This document shows positions 63,015-64,000 of a stretch of DNA of 64,000 bases, in pieces. Below the pieces are notes generated by a model. That model did no database searches. It saw only the letters and a list, made by a program, of their open reading frames with translations, and was not told where the DNA came from. Each line of letters opens with the position of its first letter. The first letter of the stretch is position 1. The translations under genes were made by a program, and so were the position numbers. Location of the stretch: IMG/VR virus record IMGVR_UViG_3300023296_000874, positions 193,534 to 257,533 of that record. One strand, given 5' to 3'.

Positions 63015-64000
63015 GACATCCTCCAAATGGTGCCCAGGAAACCTACTGTCACCTTGTCACCGCCCATCACCCTCTGGTTCACGGCGCAGACAATGGGCAG
63101 GGACAGTCGGTCAAAGGTAGCTTCAATCTGTACGCCGAGGCTATGAACCGCACGTTCGATCTCAGGTCGGGTGGAGCGCGAGATTCCCTCCACCACCTCA
63201 TCGAAACGGAACTCAACCTCAACGTGCCGCCCCGCCTCAACCTGAGAGGCAATACCACTCAGGTCACCTCCCAAGCTGATGCGGGTTTGTGCCAGTTGAT
63301 GCACGACAAGCTCAAGCACTTCCAGCGTACTCAAGCCAGTCAGAATCCTATTCTGCAAGCTCTTCAAGGTGTCCAAAGTGGCCCTGAAAACCTCCGAATA
63401 GGTAGCATCTTCCGAGAGGTGTTCCATCTCACCGAGCGTTTTGATACTCTGGTAGATCACCTGCAAATCCTTGTCCACCCGTTCGGAGCTTACACGCTCC
63501 CACAGGTGGTGATCACCCTGGAACACCTCGCGGCCATCGCGAATGAGGTGGGTGATCAAGCCAAGCTCATCGAGCTCAGCCAGGTTTCGCTTGTTGTCGT
63601 CGTACACATGGACTTCAGCCCAGTTGCCTACGACGGTGTCCTGTACCCACTTCTTCTTCCGTGCCGCAGTGTCCTTGTGTCGGAACGGGCCACCGGAGGT
63701 GCTGTGGATGCGAGAGATCTTTCGAATGACGGGGCCGAGGTCTGGGTGTTGACGCCAGAGGTTCATCCACTCTTGAATGGCGCTCTTGTTCCGGCCTGAC
63801 AGAACCCAGTGCGTGCCGGGCGTCTTGTTCAGACGTGCCCACATCTCGAGCACGGGCATCGTCTCGAGCACTGCTTGAGTGCTCCAGTCGGCATCGTGCC
63901 ACCACCGGAAGCTTTCAACCTCCGGGTAGCGTCGTTTGAACTCCTCAACAGCCCTCACGCTCCACGCGAGGGTGTCATCAAAGTCCCAGATGTTGAGGCG
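63011..64000 (-). CDS. HAD phosphatase (Swiss-army-knife RNA-repair type) plus a helical C-terminal domain; 5' truncated
   Basis: Frame is open to the window edge: RLNIWDFDDTL, then WW, VLSGR, VYDDN. Confidence 0.7.
   Translation of the reverse strand, partial: RLNIWDFDDTLAWSVRAVEEFKRRYPEVESFRWWHDADWSTQAVLETMPVLEMWARLNKTPGTHWVLSGRNKSAIQEWMNLWRQHPDLGPVIRKISRIHSTSGGPFRHKDTAARKKKWVQDTVVGNWAEVHVYDDNKRNLAELDELGLITHLIRDGREVFQGDHHLWERVSSERVDKDLQVIYQSIKTLGEMEHLSEDATYSEVFRATLDTLKSLQNRILTGLSTLEVLELVVHQLAQTRISLGGDLSGIASQVEAGRHVEVEFRFDEVVEGISRSTRPEIERAVHSLGVQIEATFDRLSLPIVCAVNQRVMGGDKVTVGFLGTIWRMS

Larger units (their letters stand above)
1..64000. other. Segment of a large tailed dsDNA phage genome (head morphogenesis, DNA packaging and accessory genes)
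   Basis: Terminase, portal, protease, scaffold and MCP are co-oriented; genes are dense with ATGA/TGATG overlaps; many ORFans; no bacterial housekeeping operons. Confidence 0.95.

Noticed and set aside
1-64000. Genome-wide stop-codon reassignment (TGA or TAG)
   Set aside because: Genes are full length in code 11, and both TGA and TAG end genes at tight ATGA/TGATG junctions; only one in-frame TGA case was seen
1-64000. tRNA or rRNA genes
   Set aside because: No cloverleaf or T-loop pattern was found by eye in the short intergenic spaces; tRNAscan-SE would be needed to exclude them formally

Overview
This window is part of a large, GC-rich, tailed dsDNA phage genome (jumbo-phage-like), not a bacterial chromosome. 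Most of it is a minus-strand late/structural region. It encodes the terminase large subunit (36126-37937), portal (32615-34219), prohead protease (27303-28790), acidic scaffold (25656-26882), two paralogous decoration-like proteins, the HK97-type major capsid protein (24034-24927), a neck protein and repeat-rich fibres. A 16-nt motif (minus strand, consensus TCATAATCCNTTTGTA) occurs 14 times; 13 copies lie 22-59 nt upstream of a minus-strand gene and the 14th is a tandem copy. It is probably the phage late promoter. The most notable signal is a set of non-structural enzymes interleaved with the head genes: a CCA-type nucleotidyltransferase, a ParB/Srx domain, Dps, a pyrophosphatase, a Pol-beta nucleotidyltransferase, a WGR domain and a protamine-like peptide. 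These carry short helical N-terminal leaders ending in [KR]-x-A(S/A/G), the same motif repeated throughout the scaffold. This suggests a protease-processed, capsid-packaged enzyme payload. The window also has a 7-gene glycan operon (three glycosyltransferases, an epimerase, a methyltransferase, a sulfotransferase and an AsnB-type amidotransferase), a plus-strand nadD-mtnB-mtnD island, an RNA-repair-type HAD phosphatase, and Asp-repeat lipoproteins that hint at a Myxococcota/Deltaproteobacteria host. I found no tRNA, rRNA, CRISPR array, integrase or transposase. All functional calls come from motif recognition by eye; no database searches were run.
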